DNA of 35,374 nt from Octopus bimaculoides (GCF_001194135.2 NC_068981.1:49857369-49892742); one strand, 5' to 3'; shown: positions 12,851 through 25,404, counted from the first letter of the stretch. The notes: a model not told the origin generated them from the sequence alone. Made by a program: numbers and translations.

Positions 12851-13499
12851 TTCAATAACATTCTTGTATAAGAATAATGTATTATCTCGATCTTACCTTA
12901 GCGGAAGAGTAAACTGTAGAAGTAGGTATGTGTGCGTGTATGTGTGTGTGTATGGATATTACTTTTCCCTAAGGTACGATGAAGAAAAAGCACGGCATCC
13001 TATGTGAGATAAATATCATTTAATATTCACACTATAGAGATAAGAACTACTTTTAGATTTTTCCTTTGATGAAACTAGGTGGGGCCTTGTTGTTATTCAA
13101 GTTATTTTTTTATGACGTACCTTGTATCTCATTGCAGTATAAGGCTCTGAGATGAGTCAATAAAAAAAATGTAGAAAGAAGAGAAAATGAAAATAAGAGT
13201 CATGTTCCCTTTGATCTTAAAACCGCGTTCTACAAGAGTAGGTCAACGGAAAGTAGTCCAACGACTGCAAGACACCTGCTTATTATGGAGAGAGTGTTGT
13301 TCCCTAGGTTGCCAAAATGAATTTCTTCATATACTGGCTGTTGCTGAAAATTCCTCATCTGCAATTAAGTAGATCGTAGAAATTCAGTTCAAGCAGAATC
13401 TGCAATCTTACGGCTACGTATAATTATCATATAAATTTGCATATGTCATGTAGTTCCTTATGTAGTGAACTCGAAAATGGATGGGAGAACAGGGTTTTT

Positions 13500-14110
13500 T
13501 TGTATGTGTAAACATCTGCACGGGTGTTTCTGTGTGTGTGTGAGTGTGCGAATGTGTGGTCTAGTGTGCATATTCTTATGGGTGCGACAATTCTGTGAAT
13601 GTGTACTCGTGCGTGCGCATGTGTGTGTGTGTGTGAATGTGTGAGTGTTTGCTTATGTGTGTACATTCCAATATGTATGTGCGTGCATCTGCCTGTGCGT
13701 GTGATATGTGCATCTACCTTGCATGTGTGATGCGTCTGAGTGTGTACTTTCATGTATACGTAAATACGTGTTAGGGCATACGTGTGTGTGTGTGTGCACA
13801 TGCGACTATGCATGTCTGTGTGTGTACGTGTGTATGTGTGGTTCCTGTCGTCGATGTGTGTATGCGGGGAGTTTGTTCTTGCTGCTGTGCGTTTTAGCGT
13901 GTGCGTGCGCGAGTAATAGAATTGTTCATAATTATTTGTATTATTTGTATGGAATTCCTTGTATCCTGTTTCCATTCTAAACTTACGCCATCTCTACATA
14001 CCAATATCCTAATGCGTGCTTGCGAGAGAATGTGAGCTTCTGGGTGCGTGCGTGCTTGTGAGCGTGTGTGCGTGAATGTGTACGGGTATGTATTGGACTT
14101 CTACAAATTT
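13500..14110. repeat. Degenerate (TG)-rich low-complexity tract
   Basis: Direct observation; explains the His/Thr- and Cys/Val-rich ORFs at 13427-14221. Confidence 0.9.
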
Positions 14111-14220
14111 ACACGTATTTAAGTGTAATGATTTCCGTGCTTCCTGCTGTTGTCCTAACCTCCTCCTTATATACCTGTCTATAGGCGCAGGCGCTGCTGT
14201 GTGATTGCTATCCAACTGCA

Positions 14221-14335
14221 TAGTACCGGGCTCACTCCCACTGGGTGACTCTCTTCTAGTATAGACTCAGGCCGACCAAGGTGTTGAGCGGATGTGGTAG
14301 AGGGAAACTAAAACAATTCCGTCTTATATAAATGT
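14221..14335 (+). mobile_element. Degenerate SINE family 2 fragment
   Basis: tcttctagtatagactcaggccgaccaagg...ggtagagggaaactaaaa aligns by eye to the reverse complement of 12361-12516. Confidence 0.6.
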
Positions 14336-14787
14336 GTTTGTTTCTGTTTGTTTGTGTGTGTATGAAGTGATAGAGAGAAAGAGAGAGAGAGGATATTCTT
14401 GGTAAGTTTTATGCAAAGTAGGTGTCTGCACTCCAGTCACTGAGTTTCCAAAATGCGTATGCAGATGCCCTGCTTTCTCCTACCATGGTAAATACTTTAG
14501 TAGAAATGTAAATTGTTTATTAGTGAGATAATACCTTCGTTTCAACCGGAGTCCGTGCACAACAACTACTAGGAGGCTATTTCCTCAGTGTCGAAGTGAA
14601 AGTAATTATAATTAATTCTCTTACCTTTTACTTGCTTCAGTTTTTTGACTGCGGCCATGGTGGGACACTGCTATATTTTGTAAAGTATTTGGTAACTCCT
14701 ATTCGTCTTCGTTATAGAAATGCCAGACAAAGTTCATTGGCTTTCTTCTCTTAGTTCGTCTTTTACAATTTCATGCATTTGTGTTTG

Positions 14788-14804
14788 TCTATCTATCTAT
14801 CTGT

Positions 14805-14855
<51 letters not shown>
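14788..14855. repeat. (TCTA)n tetranucleotide microsatellite
   Basis: Direct observation. Confidence 0.95.
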
Positions 14856-16810
14856 ACAAACTATATGTATATANNNNNNNNNNNNNNNNNNNNNNNNNNN
14901 NNNNNNNNNNNNNNNNNNNNNNNNNNNNNNNNNNNNNNNNNNNNNNNNNNNNNNNNNNNNNNNNNNNNNNNNNNNNNNNNNTATATATATATATATATAT
15001 ATCAACTACTTATCTGTCTGTTTATCTGTCCGTTTGTATATACGTTTGTCTGCCTTTTTGTCTGTTTATCTTCCTACATATCTGTTTATATACTTTCTTT
15101 CTGCGTCATTCTATTTCTCAATCTATATCTATATGGTAAGTTCTGTGCATCGACATGCGATTCTGATTTGATTGCTGCTCCGGTTATGCACTCAATAAGT
15201 CGGTGAATACAAGTACACATAAATGACACGTGCACATGCGCGCGCACAAACACATACACACACACAATTACACACACACACACACACACATACACAAAGT
15301 CTCACACTCACACTGACACACATATATATAAAGTGAAATTCTCAAAGTATTTGTAAGACTTAATCTGTATGGGAAGGTTACACACTAACAATATAAGATC
15401 GATTTCATTTACCGTAAAAATCATTATTAGAAAAACAAGCAATCTACTAAAATAAATGTACTACTGTTGTTTAAATGTATGAAATTCATTTGAATATATA
15501 AGTCAGTTTAAGCTGTACTCGCGTTTATGATTGAGTTTTACACATACACACATATACACACACACACATACACACACACATACACACACATACACCCATT
15601 TATACATGTATACATATATAACCAGCGACGACGTCTACGAACAGTGACCTTACTATTTGAATGTTAACCCAACAAGCTTTAATGATGCGACATTAATATT
15701 TATTTCGCATAATTTGGTTACCACATACAAAAATCTTGTTCTAATGTTTGAAATCAATATAGTGCCCAAAAGCAAAGTTGTAACACTGTATTATATATAC
15801 ATTAAAGTTTATGTAGATATTCGAAATGGTTTCCTGCCACGAAGTATTTTCTGTATTGTCTTCATAGATAATATTGATTTGTGTTGGGAAGATACAATGG
15901 GAATATGTGCATTGTAGCGACGAGAATATATTCAACGGACCCCAATGTATTAATGGTGATTTCTTTTTTTAATATTTGCGAAAAGAAACGAATACACATG
16001 TTCGACGTAAACAAACATATTTAGTGGTGCATATTTACCATATATATTATTTATTTTTCTTGAATAATGAAAATAATGTAGAAGAGATGGAAATAGGAAA
16101 TAATGATATTCATAAGCTAGTAATACAATGATTGTATATGTGAAGTGGAAATTGTTAATATTGAAAATGCCTCACGGTCTAGACTTTCGGTAGGTCAAAT
16201 CCTGCTATACTGCATTAGTCAACGATATATATTTTATTGATTTTTCCCCTTTTTTTTTCTTTAATTTGATGTAATGAACATAATGTAAAGAATTCACGAA
16301 TCAGGCGAGTAGTATAGTGAATAAACTGCTTAAACATTTATTGGAAGGGGGTTCTCTCATTTTCCCACCCTCACTCTCTTATTGAGTATATATGTATATA
16401 TATATATATATGTATGTGTATATGTATACGTATATGTATANNNNNNNNNNNNNNNNNNNNNNNNNNNNNNNNNNNNNNNNNNNNNNNNNNNNNNNNNNNN
16501 NNNNNNNNNNNNNNNNNNNNNNNNNNNNNNNNNNNNNNNNNNNNNNNNNNNNNNNNNNNNNNNNNNNNNNNNNNNNNNNNNNNNNNNNNNNNNNNNNNNN
16601 NNNNNNNNNNNNNNNNNNNNNNNNNNNNNNNNNNNNNNNNNNNNNNNNNNNNNNNNNNNNNNNNNNNNNNNNNNNNNNNNNNNNNNNNNNNNNNNNNNNN
16701 NNNNNNNNNNNNNNNNNNNNNNNNNNNNNNNNNNNNNNNNNNNNNNNNNNNNNNNNNNNNNNNNNNNNNNNNNNNNNNNNNNNNNNNNNNNNNNNNNNNN
16801 NNNNNNNNNN

Positions 16811-16844
<34 letters not shown>

Positions 16845-16995
16845 TCTATCTATCGTGAAAATTGCAGCGGCCAAACATTATGTGGCACTTAAAAATAATG
16901 AACTGCCAATCGAGGTATTTGTTGTTTCGAAGACTGCTAATGGGCTACCAGTTACATTTTATGATCTTACATTACTGGAACACTCAACTGTTAAT

Positions 16996-17994
16996 ATGGT
17001 GGCTTGGGAGAGACGATCTGTGTCCTGTGATGTAAGGCAAAGGCATGTGTGCCTTCACCAAGAGGACAAGTCAAATTCTGTGATAGCAACTACTGTAGGA
17101 ATGTGTAGATGTGTTGTGCAACGAATTGTAGCTCGTTCTAAGTCGTTAGGATCAACGGATACTACACTTCAACGGTAGACCTCATAAAACCTCACCAAGA
17201 CAGCATCATGTTATGGTTAGAATGTCATTGAAGGATAGGTTTCAGATATCTAACGAGCTTAGCTCCAATTCTGATGTCAATGTATCGTGTAAAACAGTTT
17301 CTCGGAAATTACGAGGTCGTATGTTGCTTTCTCTGCACCGGCAAAGAAACCCCTGATCACAAAGAAGAATCAAAGTGCCTGTCTCCTTTCGCTCACGAAC
17401 CAGTCGTTTGGACAGAAGAACAGTAGTAGCAGGTTCATTTTAGTGATGAATAGAAGTTTAATGTGATTGATTCCGATGGCGGGATGTACGTCCGACGAAG
17501 TGGAGAAAGGTTATCTCTTGCCTGTGTGAAGTAGAGAGTGAAATATGGAGGAGGCAGTGTAAATGTATGGAGAGTGATCTCTGCTCCTACTCCTTGTCCT
17601 CTTATTCGCCTACAAGGGACTGTCAATGCTGAAATCTACAAGCAGACTTTTAGACACCATACCCTTCCACATTTCTAATCCTCGCCAGTTTAACCTCCTA
17701 TCTTAGTGCAAGACAAAGCTCCCTGTCACACTGCAAAGACAATCAAAGATTGTTTTAAGTGATCTCATGGGCTAGCCACCTCAAAGTCCTGATCTAAAAC
17801 CTATAGAAAACGTATGGAAGCTTATTGGAGAAAGTGCGCGAAGGAGAAATCCAAAGAACCAAGATACAATTTTGGAATTATTGAAAAACGAATGGAACAA
17901 TATTACTCCATCATTTTGCAAGAAATTAATTCAGTACTATGGTAAAAGATGTCTGGAGGTCATAGATAGTAAAGCGATGTTCACAAAATATTAG
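16996..17994 (+). pseudogene. Tc1-family (DD34E) transposase pseudogene, nearly full length
   Basis: ATG 16996; HTH region, RPHKTSPR, PAKKPLITKKN, VHFSDE (D1), VKYGGGSVNVW, LVQDKAPCHTAK (D2), PQSPDLKPIENVWK (E), ends ...FTKY-stop at 17994. Several stops and frameshifts. Very degraded TIR candidates at ~16865-16890 and ~18095-18124. Confidence 0.92.
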
Positions 17995-18317
17995 TAAGGG
18001 TTTCTTTCTTATGTAAGGGTTTCTTTTTTAAGTAAGGGTTTCTTTTTTTTAAACAAGGATTTTTGTTTGTTCTTTTATTTTTCATTGTCTTTCTAAGTTA
18101 CCCTTAACATTTGACCATTGCTGTTTGGAAGAATATTTGCTTATTTCCTCATAAGTTACGCAATATTTATCCCATTCGCTTGAAATTTTCACGAAAGATA
18201 GATATTAGATATATCGCAATATGCCTAAAATATCTAGTCTCAACATCTTGTTCATCTTCTATAATAAATATTTCAATACGCTTGTTTTTACTGAACCTTA
18301 TATTATGATCGCTACTG

Positions 18318-18339
<22 letters not shown>

Positions 18340-18348
<9 letters not shown>

Positions 18349-18655
18349 CAAAACAATTTTTTTCAGAGTCATTGTTACTCCCAATTTCAAGCGTGTTACT
18401 TGTCTTGGGCCATTGAGGTCTGAATAACAGTTCGATTGAAGAGGGTCAATGCATACTACTGGCCGTTAGCTTGCGTTTGGTCGTGAAAATCACACGGTCT
18501 GGTAGTTCGATGTATTTCAGCGAGAACAATTAGTTGGAAAATACCGCATGGAGACAGGCAATGAAGCGCGTGCTGAGGAGGAAATCCACCGTGTTGTGGA
18601 CAAGAAATCGGTCGTGTTGTTGGACGGGAAGTAGGAAGAGTTGGTAGATGTAGGG
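18340..18655 (-). mobile_element. Probable downstream repeat (pLTR-like) part of the Penelope element
   Basis: Higher-GC block on the 3' side of the GIY-YIG fragment, separated by CA-rich repeats. Assignment inferred from position; no clear motif. Confidence 0.3.
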
Positions 18656-18808
18656 ATATGTATGTGCTTACCTACGTGTATATACCTATACAACTTCGCT
18701 TATGCATCTGTACTTATACGAGTGCGTATGTGTGCTCAGGTGTACATTCACAATTCTGCGCGCGCACACATAAAAACAAGCAGATGAAAGCACACACGCC
18801 CTCATACA

Positions 18809-18876
<68 letters not shown>

Positions 18877-19140
18877 CACATAAACAATAGCGGGCACTCC
18901 TTTATTTACATTCGCATATTTAGACGAGCATACGCCCGCGCAAACACATGTGTGCCCATATATGCATACACACGGTTGCACATGTATATGGGCACACACG
19001 CTCGCACGTGTACACCTCCGCATACACATCCGTGCGCATGCATACGGTGAGCAGATGCATATGTGTAGTGACGCACATTTACTCGTGTGGTCATGCACAA
19101 GTGGTGATGCACAAGAGGTTAAAGTTTGCGAGTACACACG
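18656..19140. repeat. (CA)/(TG)-rich simple and degenerate repeats; pure (CA)n at ~18815-18872
   Basis: Direct observation. Confidence 0.9.
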
Positions 19141-19149
19141 CATGGAAAA

Positions 19150-19915
19150 GTGATGTGATTGGTGGAGGCAGTGGTAGGTTTGGCTGATACTAAGGCTGAT
19201 ATATCCAGGTTGTCGCCGGTCAGTGGTTTGAAATTTACTAGAAGGGTGTACCTCGCGTGACAGCAATCCAAACTGCATATTTCTTGTTGATGGATACTGC
19301 GGGCTGGTAGATGTTATGCAGTTTGTCGCGGAGGCACAGCTGGCAATTAGGGGTGCCAGGTGAATATGGTATCGCCCTGTTGATAATAGTCCACTTGATG
19401 CTGGGTGTTTCGTCTAGGGGACCGAGAAGTCTCGAGAGAAATTGCGACGGGGATGTAGAGTTCTCACTGGCCCTGGAAGTAAATCAATGCAAGTGCTGGG
19501 AAATATTTTGGCTGTCATTGGCTGTCATTCCCGCATAGAGCCTAGAAATGCCATCGGATTGTGTAAGGCTGTCTCTGTATACTATAGCCCATGAGAGGTA
19601 GGATCATCCTAGAGGACAGTTGAGGAGTTTAGAGAGTTGCAAGTTGGGGTTGGGAGTTGTGTGCGTGGGTTTTTTTCTGTCTGTTGATTGGTGCGATGTT
19701 AGATGCGATGTTGTCTAAGTAGGAGTAGCTTCTCTTGACATTACGGGGTCGTCGAATAATTTGTAATACTTATGGCTTCCTTCTGAGGAAATGCTTCTTT
19801 TTGACGACCTGAAACCTCTAGCTACGTTGCTAGACACTTCTAGGTTAAATGTTCGTAACCACACGTTTGAAAATCCCAATAATTGTGTTGAGAAGTTCCT
19901 CTGTTTCCTTTGTCT
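19150..19915 (-). mobile_element. Penelope-like element remnant: linker and GIY-YIG endonuclease
   Basis: Minus strand: FNLEVSSNVARGF...HKYYKLF (linker), NCPL...AIVYR..LTQSDGISRLYAGMT (GIY-YIG equivalent), NSTS.SQF, PSIKWTIINRAIPYSPGTPNCQLCL (CxLC motif typical of Penelope EN). Frameshifted; the RT part runs into (CA)n and a gap. Confidence 0.85.
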
Positions 19916-19945
19916 ACTCACTCGTGTATATATAAATATATGCAT

Positions 19946-19985
<40 letters not shown>

Positions 19986-20139
19986 NNNNNNNNNNNNNNN
20001 NNNNNNNNNNNNNNNNNNNNNNNNNNNNNNNNNNNNNNNNNNNNNNNNNNNNNNNNNNNNNNNNNNNNNNNNNNNNNNNNNNNNNNNNNNNNNNNNNNNN
20101 NNNNNNNNNNNNNNNNNNNNNNNNNATATATATATATGA

Positions 20140-20600
20140 GTAACAAAGATGTATAAATATATTTAAACACATTCTCAATAGAGAGCAAATACTTGATTCT
20201 GTTGCTAAATTGTTTGGCAGAATTAATATGAGAGTAGTGACACCAATTTTTACAATAGGGAGGATGTAGACTTCAAAGCATCTTATAGTAGATCTTTAGG
20301 GAATCATAAATTAATTAGTACCATAAGAGACCGTTCTACTATCTAAGAAGATGGAACTATACATCCGACAATATTAGCACTAGAGTGTAGGTCATGGGGT
20401 GGTAAACAAAAATGTCAGATTGGGGAGTAGTGTTAATAGAAAGAAAAGAAGGGATAGGCATAGCTAATAAAGCTTATTTTGAATGTCATCTGAAAGGGAA
20501 GAAAAATGAACTGTTAAAAGGAATATCTCTTAAACGGAGAACAATTAAAGGATTATGGATGGAATATGTTTATACAGAAATGGAAAGAGTAAGTTAATTT
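20140..20600 (-). mobile_element. Possible highly decayed CR1/L2-like LINE RT tail
   Basis: Only faint motifs (QMTF.., HDL, FEVYILPIV) across different frames. Confidence 0.25.
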
Positions 20601-21657
20601 ACTTATACCGTTAAAGCAAAATATAGATGTATACATATATTAAGGCAACAAAGACATTTCAAACACAACTAAATAAGGGTATAACGTATAGTTTAATATA
20701 TGATAAGATTGCAGCATATAACGACTCTTTTGAAAAACATTGAAAATTGCCACCAGATGTTTATGTTATCAAACTTTAAAAATATAAAGCGATATTTTTT
20801 TTTTAATTAGATAATAAGAACGTAAACAAATGTAAATATAAAATATGATATAAGGAAATATTGAAAGTATAAAGGGTATATATACAAAGCATGAAAATAT
20901 GAAACAAAGTATATAGAATATGAAAATATATGGAGTAATAAAAATATAATAATTTTAGGTTTACAATACACAGTAGGATATACGAAAAGCATTTCAAAAC
21001 TGTCAAAGTATTAATAAACATACGAAAATTAGGAAAAATATCTGAAGAGTATATAACATCTCGAAATATAAGAGTATATGATATAAAGTTTATAAAATAT
21101 ACAAGGAAATATAAGAAAATATCTGAGAGAAGAATTATAATAAAAAAAAACTATAATACATAATTATATAGAACAAATTCATTTTTTTAAATAATTTATA
21201 AAAAATTAAGCCAATAAAAGATGCTATGCCCACATACATAAAGGAAATAAGTTAATAGAAAATGAAAAAAAAGAGAATATATTATAATGGAATAGTTATA
21301 TAAATAGTTATACTCAGAATATTAATTGATTATTAATACTAGATGGAATAAGTATACGGGTTATGATAGAGATAAAATAGAAGTAAAATTATCGTGAGAT
21401 GTAGGTTAATAAATTATATTTAAAATACAACAGAGAGCAAGGATTGACGTATGATAGTAAAAGATAATAGAGTGCATATTTTATAATTGGGGAGATTTGA
21501 AAATTAAGGACATGTCAGGAAAGAAAAGCATATTTACATTAACCGTGATAGAACAGATTCACTACTGGGATTAGCTACGTAATTATTATGATTACTAAGA
21601 ATTTGTAGATCAAAGGGCGTAAACGAATTAATAAAAGTTATATATATATATATACAC

Positions 21658-21688
<31 letters not shown>

Positions 21689-22517
21689 TATATATATATA
21701 TATNNNNNNNNNNNNNNNNNNNNNNNNNNNNNNNNNNNNNNNNNNNNNNNNNNNNNNNNNNNNNNNNNNNNNNNNNNNNNNNNNNNNNNNNNNNNNNNNN
21801 NNNNNNNNNNNNNNNNNNNNNNNNNNNNNNNNNNNNNNNNNNNNNNNNNNNNNNNNNNNNNNNNNNNNNNNNNNNNNNNNNNNNNNNNNNNNNNNNNNNN
21901 NNNNNNNNNNNNNNNNNNNNNNNNNNNNNNNNNNNNNNNNNNNNNNNNNNNNNNNNNNNNNNNNNNNNNNNNNNNNNNNNNNNNNNNNNNNNNNNNNNNN
22001 NNNNNNNNNNNNNNNNNNNNNNNNNNNNNNNNNNNNNNNNNNNNNNNNNNNNNNNNNNNNNNNNNNNNNNNNNNNNNNNNNNNNNNNNNNNNNNNTATAT
22101 ATATATATATATATATGACATACTAACTAATTATCATCTTCTAAAGTATTCAAAGGTACGGGTAATCTGATGAACACATGAGAGTCTAAGACCTAATTTA
22201 TTATTAAGTTGTTCCTATTTCAATATCTAAAAATTTCATATAGTTAAATACATCATAGTCTGCAACCGTATCAGCTATTTGTGAATGGTTGAGCTCTACG
22301 CACTAAATCGCATTTCCGATTGAAATCGATAGTATTGTCTATATATTCCTAGATTTTCGGAAGATGGTTATTCATTTTTTTTTTTTTCGTATTTCCTAAG
22401 CACCCGTCATAAACAAAATTACTATTTTCTGTCAGTACTGTACGTTTATAAACATTTTCGGCTAAACATTCAACTGATAGTGGGCTGAGGAATCTTTCCC
22501 TATAACTACAACTGCGA

Positions 22518-22660
<143 letters not shown>

Positions 22661-22680
22661 GTTGTTAACATGTAATACGT

Positions 22681-23257
22681 AAAGGATTGATGTTACTGCT
22701 CCAGAGGGTAAAAAAACAATAAAGGAGAATGCAACTGTTATCGAATGAACAATATTTCGACATCTCGTGTATCTTCCATAGGTTCACAATAAACATCTCA
22801 ATCTACTTCATTCTGGTAATTCTGGTAATATTTAAAGGATTGATGAAGTTAATCCTCCAGAAATTACGAAAAAAAAAACAATAAGTGCGATTGTTATCGA
22901 ATGAACAATATTTCGACTTGTCGTATGTCTTCCACAGGTTCAAAATAAACATCTCAATCTACTTCATTTTGGTAATATTTAAAAGTGTGATGATGTTACT
23001 TTCCAGAAAGTAAAAAAAAAAAGGGTGCGACTTTTATCGAATGGAGAATATTTACCAAAATAAACAATGCTAACAAAATGAAGTCGATTGAGATGTTTAT
23101 TTTCAACCTGTGGAAGACACGTGAGATGTCGAAATATTGTTCATTCGATAACAGTTGCGCTCTTCTTCATTGCATTTTTTTTTTACTTTCGTTAGGAGTA
23201 ACAACAATCCTTTAAATATTACCAAAATGAAGTAGATAGAGATGTTTATTTTTAACC
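22681..23257. repeat. ~150-bp unit array: 2.5 direct copies followed by ~1.3 inverted copies
   Basis: Unit 1 22681-22833, unit 2 22834-22980, partial unit 22981-23053, inverted copies ~23075-23257. Shared core gttatcgaatgaacaatatttcgac...cttcca[t/c]aggttca[c/a]aataaacatctcaatctacttcatt. Confidence 0.95.
22902..22942 (-). ncRNA. Candidate minimal type-I hammerhead-like motif (non-canonical core)
   Basis: Minus strand: UGAAC-CUGUGGA-A-GAC(auacgacaa)GUC-GAAA-UAUU-GUUCA. Sister copies at 22746-22786 (-) and 23103-23143 (+). Core differs from CUGANGA at position 6. Confidence 0.35.
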
Positions 23258-23784
23258 GGTCATTCACAGTCTTAGCATCGCTTATTTCGTGCTGTTATTT
23301 TTGAGAGATACTTAATTAAAAGGTATTTTTCATAAATCAAATTTATATTAATGGGTTGTAGGTAATTTTAACTTGTGTATATCTGCTGTGCTTTTATAAT
23401 TACTGTTATATTGAATAATTATTGATAGATCTAGATTAGCAGCAGTTAGTGCTATTACCATCAACTCAAAATCTAGGTTACTTCAGATGAGCCTGTTAAC
23501 TGATGGTTTTGATGTTTTGTTGTTTGTAACTTTTGGTGAGCCATGATGTAAACAAGAAGAAGGTAAAATTCCCTGCCATTCATTTGGTGTGTATGGGTAA
23601 TATCAAATAATTCAATCACAACATATATGTAAATTAATCATGGAAAATATTGAAATGTTATCATCACTTACTTGGTAAAGATTGAAATATTATCTTTCAG
23701 TATTTTATAAGTTAAAATCTTAAATTATTAATTGACACACTATTAATTATCTTATAATAACAATGCCAGGAAAAATCATACATT

Positions 23785-24299
23785 ACTTGGAAAAATGCGA
23801 GCAAGAACAGTAATATTCTTAAGATTATAGACCTGAAAAAATACAAGACAACTTATGAAGCCTGGAAAAGTATAGGACAAGATATTACTTCTAGTAAAGT
23901 AAAGAAATAGAAACTTTTTACTTAAAATATTTCAACTAAATTTTAAATTTGAAAATTAAAAATTATTTTATTATAGATTACAAATAACACTATACTTATA
24001 TAAGTAGAATTTGGCTAATATACTACCTTAAATAGAGAAAAGGTTTTCTAATTTGACAAACTTAAAAATTAGCTGAACAATCTTTTACAATAAATTTAAA
24101 AGATAAGAATTGTAAAGAGTGATAAAATTAAAAGGGCTGGCATTCTTTGCTGTAATATTTTAAGTAAAAAATTTCTTATTCTTTACTTTACTAGAAGTAA
24201 TAGCTTGTCCTATTCTTTTCCAGGTGTAATAACTTGTCTTGTACTTTTCCAGGTTTTTAATCTTATGAATATTACTTTTCATGCTCGCATTTTTCAAGT
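23785..24299. mobile_element. MITE/foldback-like element with ~146-bp imperfect terminal inverted repeats
   Basis: 23785-23931 is the approximate reverse complement of 24154-24299 (e.g. aaaaatgcgagca / tgctcgcattttt; ttacttctagtaaagtaaag / ctttactttactagaagtaa); ~220-bp AT-rich spacer; no clean TSD. Confidence 0.75.
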
Positions 24300-25367
24300 G
24301 ATACATATATACTTAATGATCTCTTCAATACAAATAAATGTAAGTAGCTATAAAATTTATGCTATTGGATTATGAACAAATATAGATTCAGAAATCTGTC
24401 TACGTAATGTAAGTTAAAGTTACATTAATTAAAACTTTACAAATTTATCACAAATCACTCAGATGAAAGACTTCTCTAGACGAACGCTATATAGCTGTAC
24501 GTGTTCCGTAGAGCTACACATATGTTGAGTAATGTGTGGTTCCTCTACATCCAACAAAGAAATGTATCTAAACGTTTATGCTTTAGCTGGCAATACACCA
24601 TTTCTTATTTGAACGAACGCCACCACTCTGCGCTTTCGATGAACAAACTGCTACGATATCAGTACAGTCATTCCTTATTTATCCTTTCACTTCTTATTTG
24701 GTTGTTGAGAACGTAAAACATGTAACGGTAGACTTTCTTAAATTTGGATAAGTAAACTCTATTATGAAGAGTGAACATTTTTATCAGAGGTATACGTGTA
24801 AAATGTCTCTGTCATTGAGACTCTTTAACTAACAGAGAATTTGAAAATTGGTTACGGGTTAGACCTAAGAAACTTAGTATATTTTTCTATTTATTTCCCT
24901 TCCCCTGCTTTCTTTTTTTGCTTTTAGGTTTTCATCAGATGTTTTCTTCAATCTAATATGTCTGCATATAAGTGAATTTTGTTCATGTTTTCTAAATTCT
25001 TTCCGTAACTTTTTAGCGTGCGTTTACAATATTGATGTCATTGAACATTACAACTGAAATATGTTAATCGATGAGATGAAATTATTGGTTTTCTATTCTA
25101 TAACATACCTCAATTTAATTTCTCATCTACATTATACACTTGATGATTTTGTATATTATCATTATTATTGTTCAATGTAGTGACTAATGGAATTTAGTTT
25201 CTTATAGTCGTTGAAAGTATGGAGAGGTAAATCGTTATCTTGTGTTGATAAAGTTTTCTAAGTGTATGTGAGATGCTGTAGAAGTCACTTAATAACTTCA
25301 GTTATGCAAGTTGATGTACCTATACATTTTCTTAATACATCTGTATGTGAATGTTTACATACATACA

Positions 25368-25404
<37 letters not shown>

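Noticed and set aside
13232-13360. Minus-strand exon candidate MRNFQQQPVYEEIHFGNLGNNTLSIISR after ttaattgcag
   Set aside because: No phase-compatible partner exon found; could be chance.
13427-19278. His/Thr- and Cys/Val-rich ORFs as metal-binding proteins
   Set aside because: Products of CA/TG low-complexity DNA.
22166-22180. Isolated CTGATGA heptamers (also ~5076 and ~7083)
   Set aside because: No paired stem II followed by GAAA; expected by chance.
22681-23257. CRISPR-like array
   Set aside because: Eukaryotic context; whole units are repeated with no unique spacers, and there are no cas genes.
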